Source of the DNA: Lingula anatina
Taxonomy: Eukaryota > Animalia > Brachiopoda
Length of the DNA: 64,000 nt
Direction of reading: 5' to 3'
Assembly (NCBI GenBank): GCA_051362555.1
Contig: CM120642.1
Location: forward strand, 10,168,001-10,232,000
Part shown: piece after piece, positions 25,115 through 38,841 of the stretch
How the letters are laid out: the number at the start of each line of letters is the position of its first letter
Numbering within the stretch: position 1 is the first letter of the stretch
The notes under the pieces: model-generated
Database searches by the model: none
What the model was told of the DNA's origin: nothing
The model's input: only the letters and a program-made list of their open reading frames with translations
Position numbers and translations under genes: made by a program

Positions 25115-26030
25115 ATGCAATTTTTAGCCATTACCTTCGTCTTGGCAAGTTTTAACTGTCTTATGATGGATGCAGAGATTTGTCAGTGTTCCACGCCAAC
25201 CTATCACGTCACCTTTCCAGGTACATGTAAGACAATCTTTCTCTCATTCTCTCTTTCTATCTCTCTCTCTCACACACACACACACACACGCTAATGCGCG
25301 TGCAGCAAGTATTCTATAAGAACAGAGGGATGAAAGTAATTCCGCATATACAGCGCTCGCGTATAGAAAAGTGGATAGAATTAACAAGAGACAAAGTTGT
25401 GAAAATGTAGTATAAAATCACTCTGTGGCACTGGTAGAGGGAACGTTGAATACAGTTGTGAGTAATACCAGTACCGAGTACCAGGCTACATCTTATCTTC
25501 AGCACTACTAGGTGTAGGCTAATATCAAGCAGGTTTTACTATTTTCAGGAAAAACCAAAACTGCATTCTCCGCCATGTGTACTACAAATCTGATAAACGG
25601 CAACGCCGCTGTCGATCTTACATTTCAAAAGACCCTGACAAATCTTGGACGAGGCTTCGATGACGTCTCCTCATTCCGCGCACCGGTCGACGGAACCTAC
25701 TTCACTTTCGCTATTCACAGCGGTGTCAAGAGTGCTAGAGTGTACCTCCGCACCAATGCCGGCTATGTGAATGAAGCATTTGGGTCCGCGGGCTATCATA
25801 CCTCGACCAACCAGGCCATACTTCGTCTGCAGAAGGGAGACAGGGTGTGGCTCCAACAGCAACCTAATGGAGCTACGATTAGCCTTCCAGAGCACATTCA
25901 TGTCTCGTTTAATGGATTCCTTTTGTATGAAGATAAACAGGCACGTAAACAAGCAGAAGATGGCGTGCGCAATTGCAAGTTCACACATACACGCACGTTC
26001 ACACACGCGCGCACACATAAACACACATAA
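25115..26030 (+). CDS. Secreted globular C1q-domain protein, C1q-1 (195 aa; stop-loss extension)
   Basis: Exon 1 25115-25220 (MQFLAITFVLASFNCLMMDAE signal, CCAG|gtacat); exon 2 25549-26030 (ttttcag|). gC1q motifs AFSA, F..TLTNLG.GFD, F.APVDGTY.F, QAILRLQKGDRVW, SFNGFLLY. Ancestral TAA changed to AAA at 25935; one Phe codon deleted in GTYF(F)TF. Confidence 0.8.
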
Positions 26031-27548
26031 ACACACGCAAACACACACGCACAATCACATGAACTGTATTATGTCACGAAAATAGGAACGATAAAAAGAA
26101 CTGCTGAATATACTCACTAATGATTAAAATGTTTCCGTCTACCAAATAACTATTTCATAAAACTGGAATATATTATTCTACTTCTACTTCTCTCTACTTT
26201 TAAGAATGCATTACCATCATTATAATGGTTATCATGTACTCTTTACACGTTAACGACTTCTAGGACTACTTATGGAACAATATTTTTATCCGCAATAAAA
26301 TAATGCATAAAACGGTACTTCGATTGCCTTTGTTCCTAAGGCTTTTCAATAAATTGTTGATTGATGAAATAATATCATCTACCAAGTCCAATAAATAAGA
26401 TGTGATTTAAGGCTAGAGCGTAAATATCACAACCGAACTTCATGCTGCAATGTACGAGTGACTTGAGCAGATTGCGGTAGGAGTGCCTATTGTGTTTTTC
26501 ATTTGAAAAACGGGTTTGCCTCATCGTACGTGTCGACCGTAACGTTCTTATTTATTCATTTCATTGACTTTTTGTAGGAGGGAATAGTACAAGTCATATC
26601 ACGGAAAACTTTCCAGTTGTATGGATACTGAATTTTTCTTTTACACTATTTATAACAAATGCTTTCAATGGATGCCTATAGTTGTACATTGTACAGTTAA
26701 TGCAGTGCAAAATGAAAAACAAAACATACTGTAACATTGGTATATACACTGTATTAGCATATGTAAGATAGATAGTTCCATAGCGCTCAAGATATGTTAT
26801 TATATTATATGTTTCATAATCTTAAAATCATATATTTATTTTGCACTACAAAATAAAAAAATTGCCATTTTCAACGTTGTCCTTTTTTTTCATGAACGAT
26901 ACACGTTTTTCATATATGTTAATTTGGGTTGTTTTGTAAAGAATCAGTTAAGATTTGAAGCAAAAGTTGCCACATAGACCTTTACAGTGAGTAGGGTTTT
27001 AAAAAGAAGAAAACGTAAATACATATGCTGCAAACACAGAAAACTTGTTTTAATGTCTTTTATTGAAGTCCAAATTTCATTAAAATATCAGGTTTTTCCT
27101 GAAACTGTTACTTCAATTAAATTATTTAAAAGTCGTTTAAATTGTACAATTAAATGTTTATTAAATCTGCCTACATGTACGTGTGATACATGTAGTTTGA
27201 ACCAATGGAAATTTCTGAATTATACCTAATTTTTTTCTTTTTAAATCTGTTACAATATCATAGAAATCAAGGTGTCATTTTCTGAGATAATGCTGTCACT
27301 TTAAAATACTAACTCGAACTGATGACCTTAACAGTTCTGAAGTATATTTAATCAAAACAATAAGTAAGTAGTGCAGTCGGTGCCAGGAAATTTGATATTA
27401 TAAGTACTACAGTAGTAAAGAGGCGATACAATGCGGGTTCATCTCTCGTAAACTAAAAATTGTAAGACCAAACGCTACGTCCAGATAGTAGTTCAAACCC
27501 TGGCCGTCAGCTATGCCAATGACCATGATAACATTTTACTTAGTAATC

Positions 27549-28427
27549 GAAACTCCTTATTTTCTGCCTTACAAACATTCTTTTGGGTATTAGATAAATC
27601 TTCAGAGTGCAGTGACTAAATTAATTAACATTTATACATATGTCATCTTACGGTTGACGTCATAATTGCAATTTTGGAGTAAGAACTGAAAAATCGGTTT
27701 CTCAAATTTTTCTTTTACCTGATCACCCGCGACTACCGTTTTAACGCCGATTTAATGACACCATTTACAGGTCTTATAAACGGATTACGTGTTTATTAAC
27801 ACTACCCGCAGATCTTTTAGCACAAACAGTAATATTAACCACCAAACACACGAATTAACCAGAACACCGTACAATTATTTAGCACTAACATCCATCCGCT
27901 CTAGTAGTGCTGGTTAATTTGTGGGTTAGGTGGTAAATATGTGTGTTAATGTTAAAAGATATGCGGGTAGTGCTAGTTAACGCCCAGTCGGTTTATAACG
28001 TCTGATTTAGTCTTCTAAATCCCTGCCAACGATTTTTCTTGAAAGTCTTAGTTAAGGCTGATAAAGCAAAATAATGCCTTTGTTTAGTGAAAATCTGTAA
28101 TTAGAGGCTCAAAACTCCATAACAAAAACATTTAAACCAAATGGTGGCACGGTATTGCAGCTAAAACTCGTGGCAAACTCCGCCAATTTTCGTGATAAAA
28201 GTTATGTCTCATACCGACTGCTCTCTCACCTCAAAATAGAAAGGTTTTAAACTGACGATTAAAGCTTTGAGCTGCCTAGGTTTGTACATTCCAACGAGAA
28301 ATATAAATGCCGATATTTTATATTTTCGAGTTTCTTTATCAGTACAAAGATAGATGCATTATTGATTAATAAGACAGAGGAAACCTCATTTTCGGTATCT
28401 GGATGATAATTAAGGATTACTATATCC
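27549..28427. mobile_element. Left-truncated copy of the same Kolobok-like family just past the A3 stop codon
   Basis: Homologous to 8075-8543 and ends tatatcc|ttaa. Equivalent copies at ~2670-2960, ~11597-11763, ~42305-43199 and ~60440-61334. Confidence 0.5.
27768..28004. mobile_element. Palindromic MITE with CAG..CTG ends and 5-bp TSD (ATTTA)
   Basis: attta|CAGGTCTTATAAACGG ... CGGTTTATAACGTCTG|attta; empty site at ~8288 and ~32429. Other copies at 42530-42787, 60665-60922 and a truncated one at 2890-2960. Confidence 0.8.
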
Positions 28428-28494
28428 TTAATGACTGCACAAGTACTGGCATAAACTGAATTGAATCGAAAAATATATAAAGATATCTGTACAT

Positions 28495-31400
28495 TTAAAT
28501 GTACACGTAGTTAATGAAAATTGCTATCAAAGCCTGCCAGAACATAAGATTGACTTGGACTGGAGAGAGAGATGTTGGGATACCGGCACTCTTTTTTCCA
28601 GACGAAATACCACTTAAGGAGTTGCGGTATCTCATAAAACTGACGTTAAAATTAATTTTGAAATAAACCTGACGGTGAGATTTTGCTTTGACTTCATCCA
28701 CAAAGCCCTCGAACAATCGATCGGCGTCGCTCACACGATGAACGCCCTGCTTAAGTCTTATCGGTATAACGATGGTGATATTACCCCTCTCATCTCGGGG
28801 TAGTGTGCACCAATCTCCTTCCATCCTTTCTTCTGAAAGCACCCACGCGCCACGTGGTGAAAAGCTAGATAAGTCTCCCCCACTAAAAAACTTGAAGCCA
28901 ATAGTGCAGAGTGCCAAAAACCCACATGGTCTCTTAATGGGCTCTTTGGGACTGAGTTGGACAGTTAATTTGAATGTCAAGTTAATGATAAGATCGAGGG
29001 GGAGAGAGCACCACTTTTCATCCGTTGGACATTCTTCGGACTGCTTACAGGCATCCTAAAATACAATGCAAATGGTACAGGTCATAAAAACGAATAAGCC
29101 TTTCCTGATTTCGAGCCTCGGGTTCGGGATCGCAAATGACGAATGATTGGCTCAAACTGCGATATCATGCCACGAACGTAAATTCAGTGGGCGCCAGCAC
29201 CGCGATACAAATCACGAATCTTTTGGTAACTGTTCGGTACGTTCCGCATGTACGGGTTGCATTGGGGGTTGAGGAAAAGAACCCTATGTAAATAGCTAGG
29301 GACCAGAATGAATGCTGGCTTTTATGAACCTGGGGTACATGTGATGCTAGCGACCACTTATTTTACCTTTACGCCATGATATTGCGATTTAAGTCTTTAA
29401 TTCGTTCGCGATAACAAATCCCAGGTTCGAGATCGCAAACGGCATATACCGTTTATAAGGCATGTGATAGTGGAAAAAATAATATCAGGCCTACCCAACT
29501 ACCAGACTCGGCACCAAATGGTCCTGAATTCACCGGTAGATGGGACCAAGCTACCCGTTTTCAAGGTATGCATCAGTACGCGCTTCGAAGTATCCGACGC
29601 GACACCGCTCTTGCCTAAGCGATGCGATAGCAATGATTCTGAGTGGGGTTGGAAAGTAGTGCATCTCATCTCATCTCAAAATTTGTTTCGGGGTATGATA
29701 CTGTAAAATTCGTACTGACGCACAAATTGAAAACGGGTAGTGTGGTCCGATCTACCGGTGAATTCGGGATCATTCGGTGCCGAGGTCTGGTAGTTGGGTA
29801 GGTCTGAATATGTATAAAACAATGTAACTACAGATACATTTTCATGTACGTGGTACGGCCAGCGTGCTCATAGGTTTCGGCCATAAGTCAAATTTGACAA
29901 TGCAATGAAATAATGCAATAGAATGACAACTTTCTACATTACTTACTTTAATGTACCACACTTGGAGGCTCACTAGGGGAACATATACAAATGATAACAT
30001 ATACCAAATTGGAAAAAAATCGATACATTAGATATAATAACAGACTCCCTTTAAAAAATCCTTATCGGATTCGTCAGGAAATTTCTGGGGTTACCTTACT
30101 ACCGATAGCATCATGTACCAGAATATAGACAACATTGCAAATATGAAGAATATTAACTCTTCAGATGATCCATTCGAAGTGTTTTCGTTTTTATTGCAGG
30201 TTTCAACTATATTTTAATGTGGCGCAAATGAGTTATGCATGCTTACCCGAGTCCAAGTTTCCTGGCAGCGTGCATCTCTGTGATAATCAATTAAAGCAGA
30301 AAGGCCCTGTGGTTCGAACCCCTTCCTCTCTAGTTCGTCTGGAGGTTGAAAGGTCAATTATAAGTTGCACAAAATAATGATGTACAAAATAATCGTTTTT
30401 ATTGCAGCATGTAGAAAATGTTCAAACTTTGTTTCACATATTTGAAGACCTAATAAATCGACAAGTTAATAGAATTTTATCTAATTAAACATTGTGATTG
30501 TGAATGGGGTCGCTAAGTCAGTTACTTTAAGATCAAAACAGTTGGAAAGCGTATTTAAAATAATAATAATGGATCATTAACAAAAAGCAGGTAAGAATAT
30601 TATGACACAATTTCACTCTGTTTTTGGTAATGGCCTCAATAAAAATAATAAACGTATGATCAAGATGACTTACCATTTGCATTACACTTTTGAATGCTTG
30701 GGATAGTTATCCGTGGCAGGCGACAAAGCCAACAGTAAATATTTCGACCATAAGAGTATCCATGGGGTCCTGCAAAATAAGTCACGGACACGGGTCCGTA
30801 ATTACAAAGACGCGAGGACTCAGCGTCGGCTCTGTTTGGACATATCCCGTCAACCGTCCCACTCAGTGGTTCGTGCACCCCTCCAGGGCCTATGCAAGGG
30901 CGCCCTGGGTACTGTTCCGGAGCATCAAAGAGCACCATGCAATCTGGTGTCAAATGAATCTGCTCCAAAAGTCCGGCAACGGTCTTAACGTCTTTGAAAA
31001 CTTCTATTTTTGACTTCTGACAAACAATCTTGGGTTTCCATGCTTTGTGTGACATCGCTTTGTGACATTCTGCACAGAAAGCGTTTTTAAATGTGACATT
31101 TGCCTTTGTTGATGAGACGGGCAATAAAACATTAATGTCAGTGGACCAACCATTGAACTCGCATTTCTTTCGAACAGCTTCATCACTCCAGTGACTTGGA
31201 CATGAAGACACGACCCAATAGAATTTACTGTCATCGTCAGCGATTTCTCTGGATGCCTGTAACCAACACTTTGTATCATTTTTCTGTACTTCAAAGCTCG
31301 TGACTCTGGTGTCGTTGCAAAAGCGGTCATATGGCCAACAACAATCACCAAACACGTTACACAAGTCGTCGCAGAAACAAGTTACGAGGACGACATCATT

Positions 31401-31835
31401 GGTCAAGCTGTCTTGAAGTCTAGCACAAAACGGGGTGTTAACTGTTACGTTCAACAGCATCAGTTCTCTCTGTGAATACAGCATTGAAAAAGTTGAACCA
31501 ACCTGGTCTAGTTTGGGTGTTGGGTTAAATGAATGTTCTTGAGAATCGTGACCAGTGCTTCTTTGGTCTGTGATTATGGGGTTGTCACTTTCGGTGACCA
31601 CTGGAGGGCCGGTTTGGTCTCTGGTGCTTTCGTGTCTAGGTCGAGTCGTTCTCAACTGGTTGTCGCGACTGCTGACGGTTTCAGGAGAAAACAAAGTTGT
31701 AGACGTGACAGTGGCGGAGTTACTTATTGACCTAGGGTTTCTTTGCTTTGGCACACCGGCTGCATGCCCATCATTAAAACTTTTTGAACTGACCAAAAAA
31801 TACAAAACCATCGCCAAAAGCATTACGACCTTCAT
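28495..31835 (-). CDS. Predicted GPI-anchored Cys-rich protein with SMB-like motif, copy A3 (604 aa, 3 exons)
   Basis: Exons 31835-30674, 30338-30247 and 29055-28495. Same splice sites and phases as A2; open frame; hydrophobic C-terminus LMFWQALIAIFINYVYI*. Confidence 0.88.
29486..29806. mobile_element. MITE in A3 intron 2 (CAGGCCTACC TIR, 5-bp TSD AATAT)
   Basis: ~100-bp inverted arms; empty site in A2 at ~12795 (aaaaataatatgtata). Confidence 0.88.
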
Positions 31836-31879
31836 GTTTGATTACCCTCTTTTCTCTAATGCTCTGCTATGGTATTTTG

Positions 31880-32021
31880 TTTATATACTTGCTGGCGCAT
31901 ACGTGTTTTTGGAAGATGGCTGGTATCGTCGTTTTGTTTAGAGGTTTAGAATTGCCGTCTCACAAAGATGAATGATTTGAACCAATCAGGAAGAGCAAGA
32001 CAAATGGTTTAAGCCAATCAG
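31880..32021 (-). promoter_or_regulatory. Putative core promoter of A3
   Basis: TATATAAA (minus) at ~31880-31887; CCAATCAG at 31982 and 32014. Confidence 0.6.
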
Positions 32022-32201
32022 AAACATACCTGTAATACCGCACACTCATATAATTGTTAAGACAACTTTTGGATGTCTGCGATCTTCTAGTATCAAAACT
32101 CAAATTTTTTGTGATTTTATTAGTTTTCTTCGAAAGACAGGATGTAAACAGGGAAAGTAAAAGATTTGGAAACGTGGCTTCACTAGAAAAGCGAATTTTA
32201 A

Positions 32202-34514
32202 GGATATTTTCAACCTTCGCCCCAAACTCCTTATTTTCTGCCTTACATACATTACTTGGGTAATAAATTAATCTTCAGTATGCAGTGACTAAATTGATTA
32301 ACATTTATACATATGTCATCATACGTCATAATTGCAATTTTGGGGTAAGAACTGAAACATCGGTTTCTCAAATTTCTCTTTTACCTGATCACCCACGATC
32401 ACCGTTTTAACGCCGAAGTAATGACACCATTTAGTACCCTAAAACCCTGACAGCGATTTTTCTTAGTCTTAGTTCATATTTTATCGTCGAAAATGGAAAA
32501 TAACGCCTTCTTTTAATGAAAGTCTGTAATAAGGGGCTCATTACTCCATAACAAAGACATTTAAACCAAAATTACGGCACGGGATTGTCGCCTATATTCT
32601 CTTGGTCACCTCTGCTAATTCTCGTGATAATTGGGGATTGAAGTTTTTCCCCATACCGATTGCTATCTCACCTCGAAATAGAAAGGTGTTTAACTGAAGA
32701 TTAAAGCTTTGAGTTGCCCAAGCTTATACAGACTTGACATTTAATATGGAATATTTCAGTTTCGAAGGTGTGCCAAGGTAGAAATGCGTTCTTTTTTCTA
32801 AAAACTGATATCTCATATAAGATATGTGAATGGAGAAATGTGTAGTCAGGTGTGTCGCTTCCAATTAACTGAATACCAGGTTTGTTACGCTGCTGCATTA
32901 TGTAATATGAAGTAATTTAATTGGGTAGTGCTCCTTTGGGCAGGTCAAAGCATGGCTTTGGCAAAGCACGGTTCTGTCAAAAAAGTATCCATATGTCGGC
33001 AACTACTGCATAGAAGAATTTGAAATTTTGCATGCAAGTGGTCGGTTTTGCAGTGTGTAAAATGAGCTATGCAGTGCTTTGCAAGTTTGTTAATCTGTGG
33101 CAAAATGGCACGAAAAAGACAGACATTGCCAGACAGTTAATTGCGCCAAACGAAACGGTCCGCACAGTTTTATAGAGTAATGCCCAGACTGATGTACCTA
33201 CACAGAGGCCACACCCAATGTATTAAAATCTTACCACCAGAGTACAGGACCCACTGTCTTTCAGGATATGCCGTTGCAACTAAACAAAAACCACCCAGTC
33301 CGTTCAGAATGAGGGGTAAATTGCCACCAAAACGCATTTTTCAAGGCCCTTAGCGAACACCAAACTGTTTTTTGCAGGTTAGAATACCAGACGACCTCCG
33401 AGGAACCCACTGTAAACAGCAAAACATCGTTGTATGTTTCTCTAATGAATTAGGGACCATGACCGTTTCTGGGTTGAACACTGAAACCTCGTGGCTTTCT
33501 TTATTGAGGTCAGATTTCACCTGTATCGCTCAACTAGTCAAAACAGAGTTTACAGACATCCAGAAGAGGCCAACGACGAAGAGTGTGCCGCCTCTAAAGT
33601 GACTTAGGTCATTAACAGCGTCAGTATTTGAAGTGGATACCACATTGGTGCCAAAACACCAATGGCAGTCATCGACGAAAACCTGAACCAGATTAAATAA
33701 AGGAATAATCTGGGAACCACTTGACTATCATTTGATAGGGGGCACCTTAAGAACAATTTTAGGTTGTAGGGTGGGATTGCCGATTCACACAGAGCACTTT
33801 TAATAACAGATTACTTAGAGAACCAAGGGAATGAACAGCTACCTTGGTCATCAAAACCGCCATATTTGAACCACGTAGACAATATGTGGGTAGGCCATTA
33901 CTCGCCAAATGAATGACCTACATGTCCTACAACAAAACTGGGCCAAATTGGACAGATTTCGACCGATGCCTGGAATGTTATTCCAGATTGAACTCTAAAA
34001 ACATTTCCCAAGGAATGCCTTGTCGCTTGAGAGCGCTGGTAGCAGCCAGAAAAGGTCAGGCGTAACAGCGACTGTTACTGTGACTAGACACTGACATGAA
34101 GGTCTTTTGTGGAGCGTGTAACTCTTTTACAGACAATAATTTGGAAAATATGGAGTTCTAAAATATCTCATTTAATGGTTGCCGTATGAAGTAGAAAAGG
34201 CAATGTGTTTTTGTTTGCTTCTCTGGCGAATTCCATTAATGAACTGATGTCACAATGACATCAAAGAGATAATTAAAAGTTATTAGAACACGATTTTAAT
34301 CCTTATTTTCATTTATCAGTCAGTAAAAACTGATGAAAAATGATTTGGAAAAAATATTCCATATTAAATGTCAAGTCTGTACTTTGCAACGAAAAAATAT
34401 AAAAGCCGATATTTTTTGTTTTTCGAGGGATTTTTCATTGATAGATGCATTATTGAATAATTAGAGGCAGAGGCATTTTCGGTATTTGGATGATAATAAA
34501 GGGTTACAATAACC
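32202..34514. mobile_element. Kolobok-like element upstream of A3, split by a Tc1 insertion
   Basis: ttaa|ggatatttt ... gggttacaataacc|ttaa. Homologous to 8054-8543; duplicate at 47925-50231. Confidence 0.5.
32729..34379 (+). mobile_element. Degenerate Tc1/mariner transposon
   Basis: ta|CAGACTTGACATTTAATATGGAATATTT ... AAATATTCCATATTAAATGTCAAGTCTG|ta; empty site at ~8390. Relic YLENQGNEQLPWSSKPPYLNHVDNMW (~33811-33890) matches the Tc1 WPxxSPDLNPIENxW motif; the frame is disrupted. Confidence 0.9.
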
Positions 34515-36411
34515 TTAAAACAGCTATTGTTCGATTTCGTGTAGCAAATTAACAATTTGATCGTGGCGATGTTCTGGCAAGTGCTTTGTTTTGTTTAAAT
34601 GAAGTACCCGGGCGTTGGCCGCGGTACTCCTCCATTTCAACACGATGATTGTGCTGGGTATAACCTTACTACAATCTGGAGCATCTTATCTGACATTTTC
34701 GCTTTTGTCACAAAGCAAAGACAGACAGCTGAGCCCTGGGTTAGATGACCTTCTCTTTCGGAGTCTTTGTTAGTTGTTTTCGTGAAAAAAAGAATGAAGC
34801 ATTTTTTCAGAGCCGACATGGGGCCTAACCTAACCCAACCCCAATCCTAACCCTAGATATAGCCTTACTACAACCTGGAGCATCTTATCTGACATTTTCT
34901 CTTTTGTCACAAATCAAAGATGGGCAGCTGAGCCCTGGGTTAAATGATTCTTTCTTCCCGAGGCTTTGTTGGTTGTTTTCGCGAAAAAATATGCATGAAG
35001 CGTTCATTCCATCGCCGACAAGGGAAAACTTATTTATTTTCAAATTTTCAAAATTAACAGCTCTGATCGTCGGCGGCGTTTGATTGCTGTTAACCGTTCA
35101 CTGTCATTCTACAAAACCACGGAATTTTAATGACTGGATTTGCCACTGGATTGGCGCGGTCAATTACGTATGATACTTTAGTGCCGTATATACTATATAT
35201 GGCAATCGTACTTAACCAACAAAACATGTTATTCTAACATATTACATATCAGTGTTTTTGTGCATGTGTCGACTGATGCCCCATTATTGGATAAGATTCA
35301 TCGCGTTTCCTAACACACTTATTCATACTTTCTTCGCCAGACTGAGCTGGTGAAAATGTACAGAGGTAAATAGTAATAGTAATAATACAAAAAAGAAAAT
35401 TTAATATAGATAAATAGTACCAAAATTGTATATATATATAGATGTGCATCGCTATTACTCATACATGTCCAGTATTTCATAATCGTAAACTAAGTGTGAT
35501 CTTAATGCCGAGTCAACTGCTCACAGCATGAAACGTACGCTAGCATGACTTAGACATAGAAATTAATTATGCACGGTACTGATTTGTACTATTTAAAATG
35601 AACTTTATATTTAGAGTAACTGTGTGCAGTGATTTTTTAGGCAACTAGATGTGTTTTGGCCAGTCTGCTGGTTTTCCAGGTTTTCTTTTTCACAATTCTT
35701 TTAAACGAAAGAACAAATGGACGCAAAGATGTTTTCATGGAGCAAAGGACGTCACTTCAGCGATATCCAAATGATGACTATATTGTTTGTTAAAGTCTTG
35801 CTTAACAGAAATATATATTTCAAAGTTCAGTAAAAATAAAGCAATCTGATAAAAAAAGAAAAGTCTGTTGTTTCTCTATTACTCACAGTTTGTCATTTTC
35901 ACGGTATCTCTACTCTCCACTTTTTTAATATCTCTTGAGCATTTTGCGAGATGTAGCGACTGGTCACATACCTTTTTGCAATCGGTGATGGTTGCGAGGC
36001 AAAAAGAGGTGTCGTGTTCACTGTGAAATTACAGACCTTCTGGCCTTATGGAGATCAAGACTTTGAGCAAGGTAATATTAATATTAATTATTATTATTAT
36101 TTTTATTATTATTATTAATATTATTATTACACTACTGGTTAAATCACAAAGGTAATATACCATCTCTTACAACTGTAAAATGAGCAAAATTCCTAGGAAA
36201 TTACATAAACCATCTTTAATTTTACATGTATATTTAATATTCTTAAGTTCAAATTGAGAACCAAAAAGAAAGTATACGTCTACAGTCGTAAAAGAGCCGA
36301 CAAATCTAATTCAAATCTAACCCGATAAGGTGAATCATTTCTGCCAAGGAATGGATCCTACAGTTGTGTAATAATGTGTCACGTGTACGCTCCATGTTTT
36401 GCCTCCCTTAA

Positions 36412-36748
36412 AGCAATAATAACTCTTCGTTTCGGCCAAAAAATGAATTTTCCTGGAGTAAACAACAATTTTCCCATACTTACCAATGGTTAATGAATCC
36501 ATTTTTACATTCAAAGTTAGTCCCTGGTTTTTTTCTAAAAAGTTTGGTTTTTTGTTAAAATCTCTTAAGAGATTTTAACAAAGTATAGACATCAATGGAG
36601 GTCACGTGGTCTAAAGACAAGTTCAAATATCAGAATAAAAGCTATAACTGCTGTTTTTGTGGTAAAACAGAATATATTATATTTCTATGAGTTATTCACA
36701 AGGTTTTTATTGTGAAATATAGGTCTCATACAAAGAGTTATTATGCCT
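36412..36748. mobile_element. TTAA-flanked MITE (Kolobok-like)
   Basis: ttaa|AGCAATAATAACTCTT ... AAGAGTTATTATGCCT|ttaa; duplicate at 52127-52463. Confidence 0.65.
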
Positions 36749-38699
36749 TTAACGGATGGATCTGTAACTTTGTCCATATCTTCTTTGTATTGGCTCATCT
36801 CTTCAACTCCTATGAGTTCATGTTTTTATATCTGTGGCGTTCCAAAGGCTTCACTAAAAAATTAATGACCCATCCTACATGTACAGGTAACACTACATGT
36901 CGCTAGTGAAAGCGAGCATTTTACAAGGCCCATTCAGTTGTCTCGAATATAACCTAATCGTCGAGAAGATTTCGTTATCTAATCATTTACGTACTGTAAA
37001 CGATATTTACCCTCAAACTGTTCCTTTTTGTTTATTAATTTCTTTCTTTAAAGGGGGGTGGTAAATTTTGTTAATCTCTCTCTATATGTGTGTGTGTGTG
37101 TGTGTCTTTGGTAATAGCTTGTTGATGGCATATACCTATCTATGAACGTTACCTTTTACTGATACAAAATCTAGTCTTATACTTGGGTCTATTTCCATGA
37201 GCATAATCAGTCAAAAACAATTTGATTTCCCCATATCATAAACCAAGGGAAGACTAATTTTAAGGTTGGACTTTTAACCATCTTTCATTATTTATTGTTC
37301 TTGGGTTTTATTTAACGTTTGTGTGTTTGCATGGTTATTTGCCATTCACAGAGGCTGAGTTATAACGATTCAATTACAAAATTTACAAAATTGCAACTGT
37401 CAAGTTTTGTCACAACGTAAGACTTTCTTGCCCATGTGCACGAGAGATATTTCGATTAGCTCAACATAAACAGCGTTCTGTCAAGTTCTTTTTGTTTTGT
37501 TTTGTTTTTTTTTGAATAAAGTATCTGGGCGTTGGCCACGGTAATTCAATCATGATGATTGTTCTTACTACAACCCGGAGCATCTTATCTGACATTTTCG
37601 CTTTTGTCACAAACCAAAGACGGACAGCTAAGCCCTGGGTCAAATGACTATTTCTCTTTCGGGGTCTTTGTTTGTTGTTTTCGTGAAAAAAATATGCAGC
37701 GTTCGTTTCAGCGCCGATACGGGAAAGCTTATTTATTTTCAAATTTTCTAAAGTAGCCAAATGGAGCTGTATATGTGTCCAAATCTTTTTTGTATTCCCT
37801 CATCTCTGCAACACCCATGAGTTCATGTTTTTATGTCTGCGGCATTCCAAAGGCTTCATTAAAATTAAGCTTCGACCCATCCTACATGTACAGGTAACAC
37901 TACATGTCGCTAATGAAAACGAGCATTCTACAAGGCCAATTCCGTTGTCTCGAATATAACCTCATCGTCAAGAAGGTTTCGTAAACAAATCATTTAAATA
38001 CTGTAAAGGATATTTACCCTCAAAAATCAATTTTCGTGGGAAAAAAGGAATTTTGTCCGTATCACGAATTCTTTCTCTACTCTTCTCGGCACTTAGAGTC
38101 GGTGTTTTCTTTCATTTTTAATTCAATGGTTTTGTTCTAAATGACTTTCCAGTCAGCTTTAAAGAAGTTTAAAAGGTATAAATCATAAAGGTTACTAGCT
38201 TTGCAGGACGGATAGAATATGTAGAAAATATAAGTTCCAGTAATTTTCAAACGCGTTCGGTGTACATGTGCCTTGAAGTTCACTTGTTCGCACAGTTAGT
38301 TTTAAGAACGTACGTTCGGGGGAGTGTAAATCGTTATAATCCTAAGCAATTTTGGCCAACAGGATATACTTTTTTGTGTTATATGATTGTGAGTCATGAT
38401 CTATCTAACGTTGTTTACTTCAACTTTTCTGCATGATTTATCTAGAAAAATACCGATAACAATGACAACATCCACACTAGCTATTTCGACGCAACTGCGG
38501 TTCTAACGCGGATATCTTTTCAAAGGTGAACGGGCTGATTATTTATTGGACCACAGGTTTCTTGCTTGTGCTTGGGGATAATGTCACCTTCAAATATCTT
38601 TGTCTGTGTAGTGAATCACTTCATTAGAAATTCACGACAGCCCAGTTGAATTTGCAAATTTAAGCAATCACCTTCGTCTCGGCAAGTTTGAACTGTCTT

Positions 38700-38766
38700 A
38701 TGATGGACGGAAAGGAATGTCAGTGTCCCATGCCAACCTGTCACGTCACCTATCCAGGTAGGACAA

Positions 38767-38841
<75 letters not shown>

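Noticed and set aside
33141-33602. Short ORFs as functional proteins
   Set aside because: They lie within a degenerate Tc1 element with a disrupted transposase.
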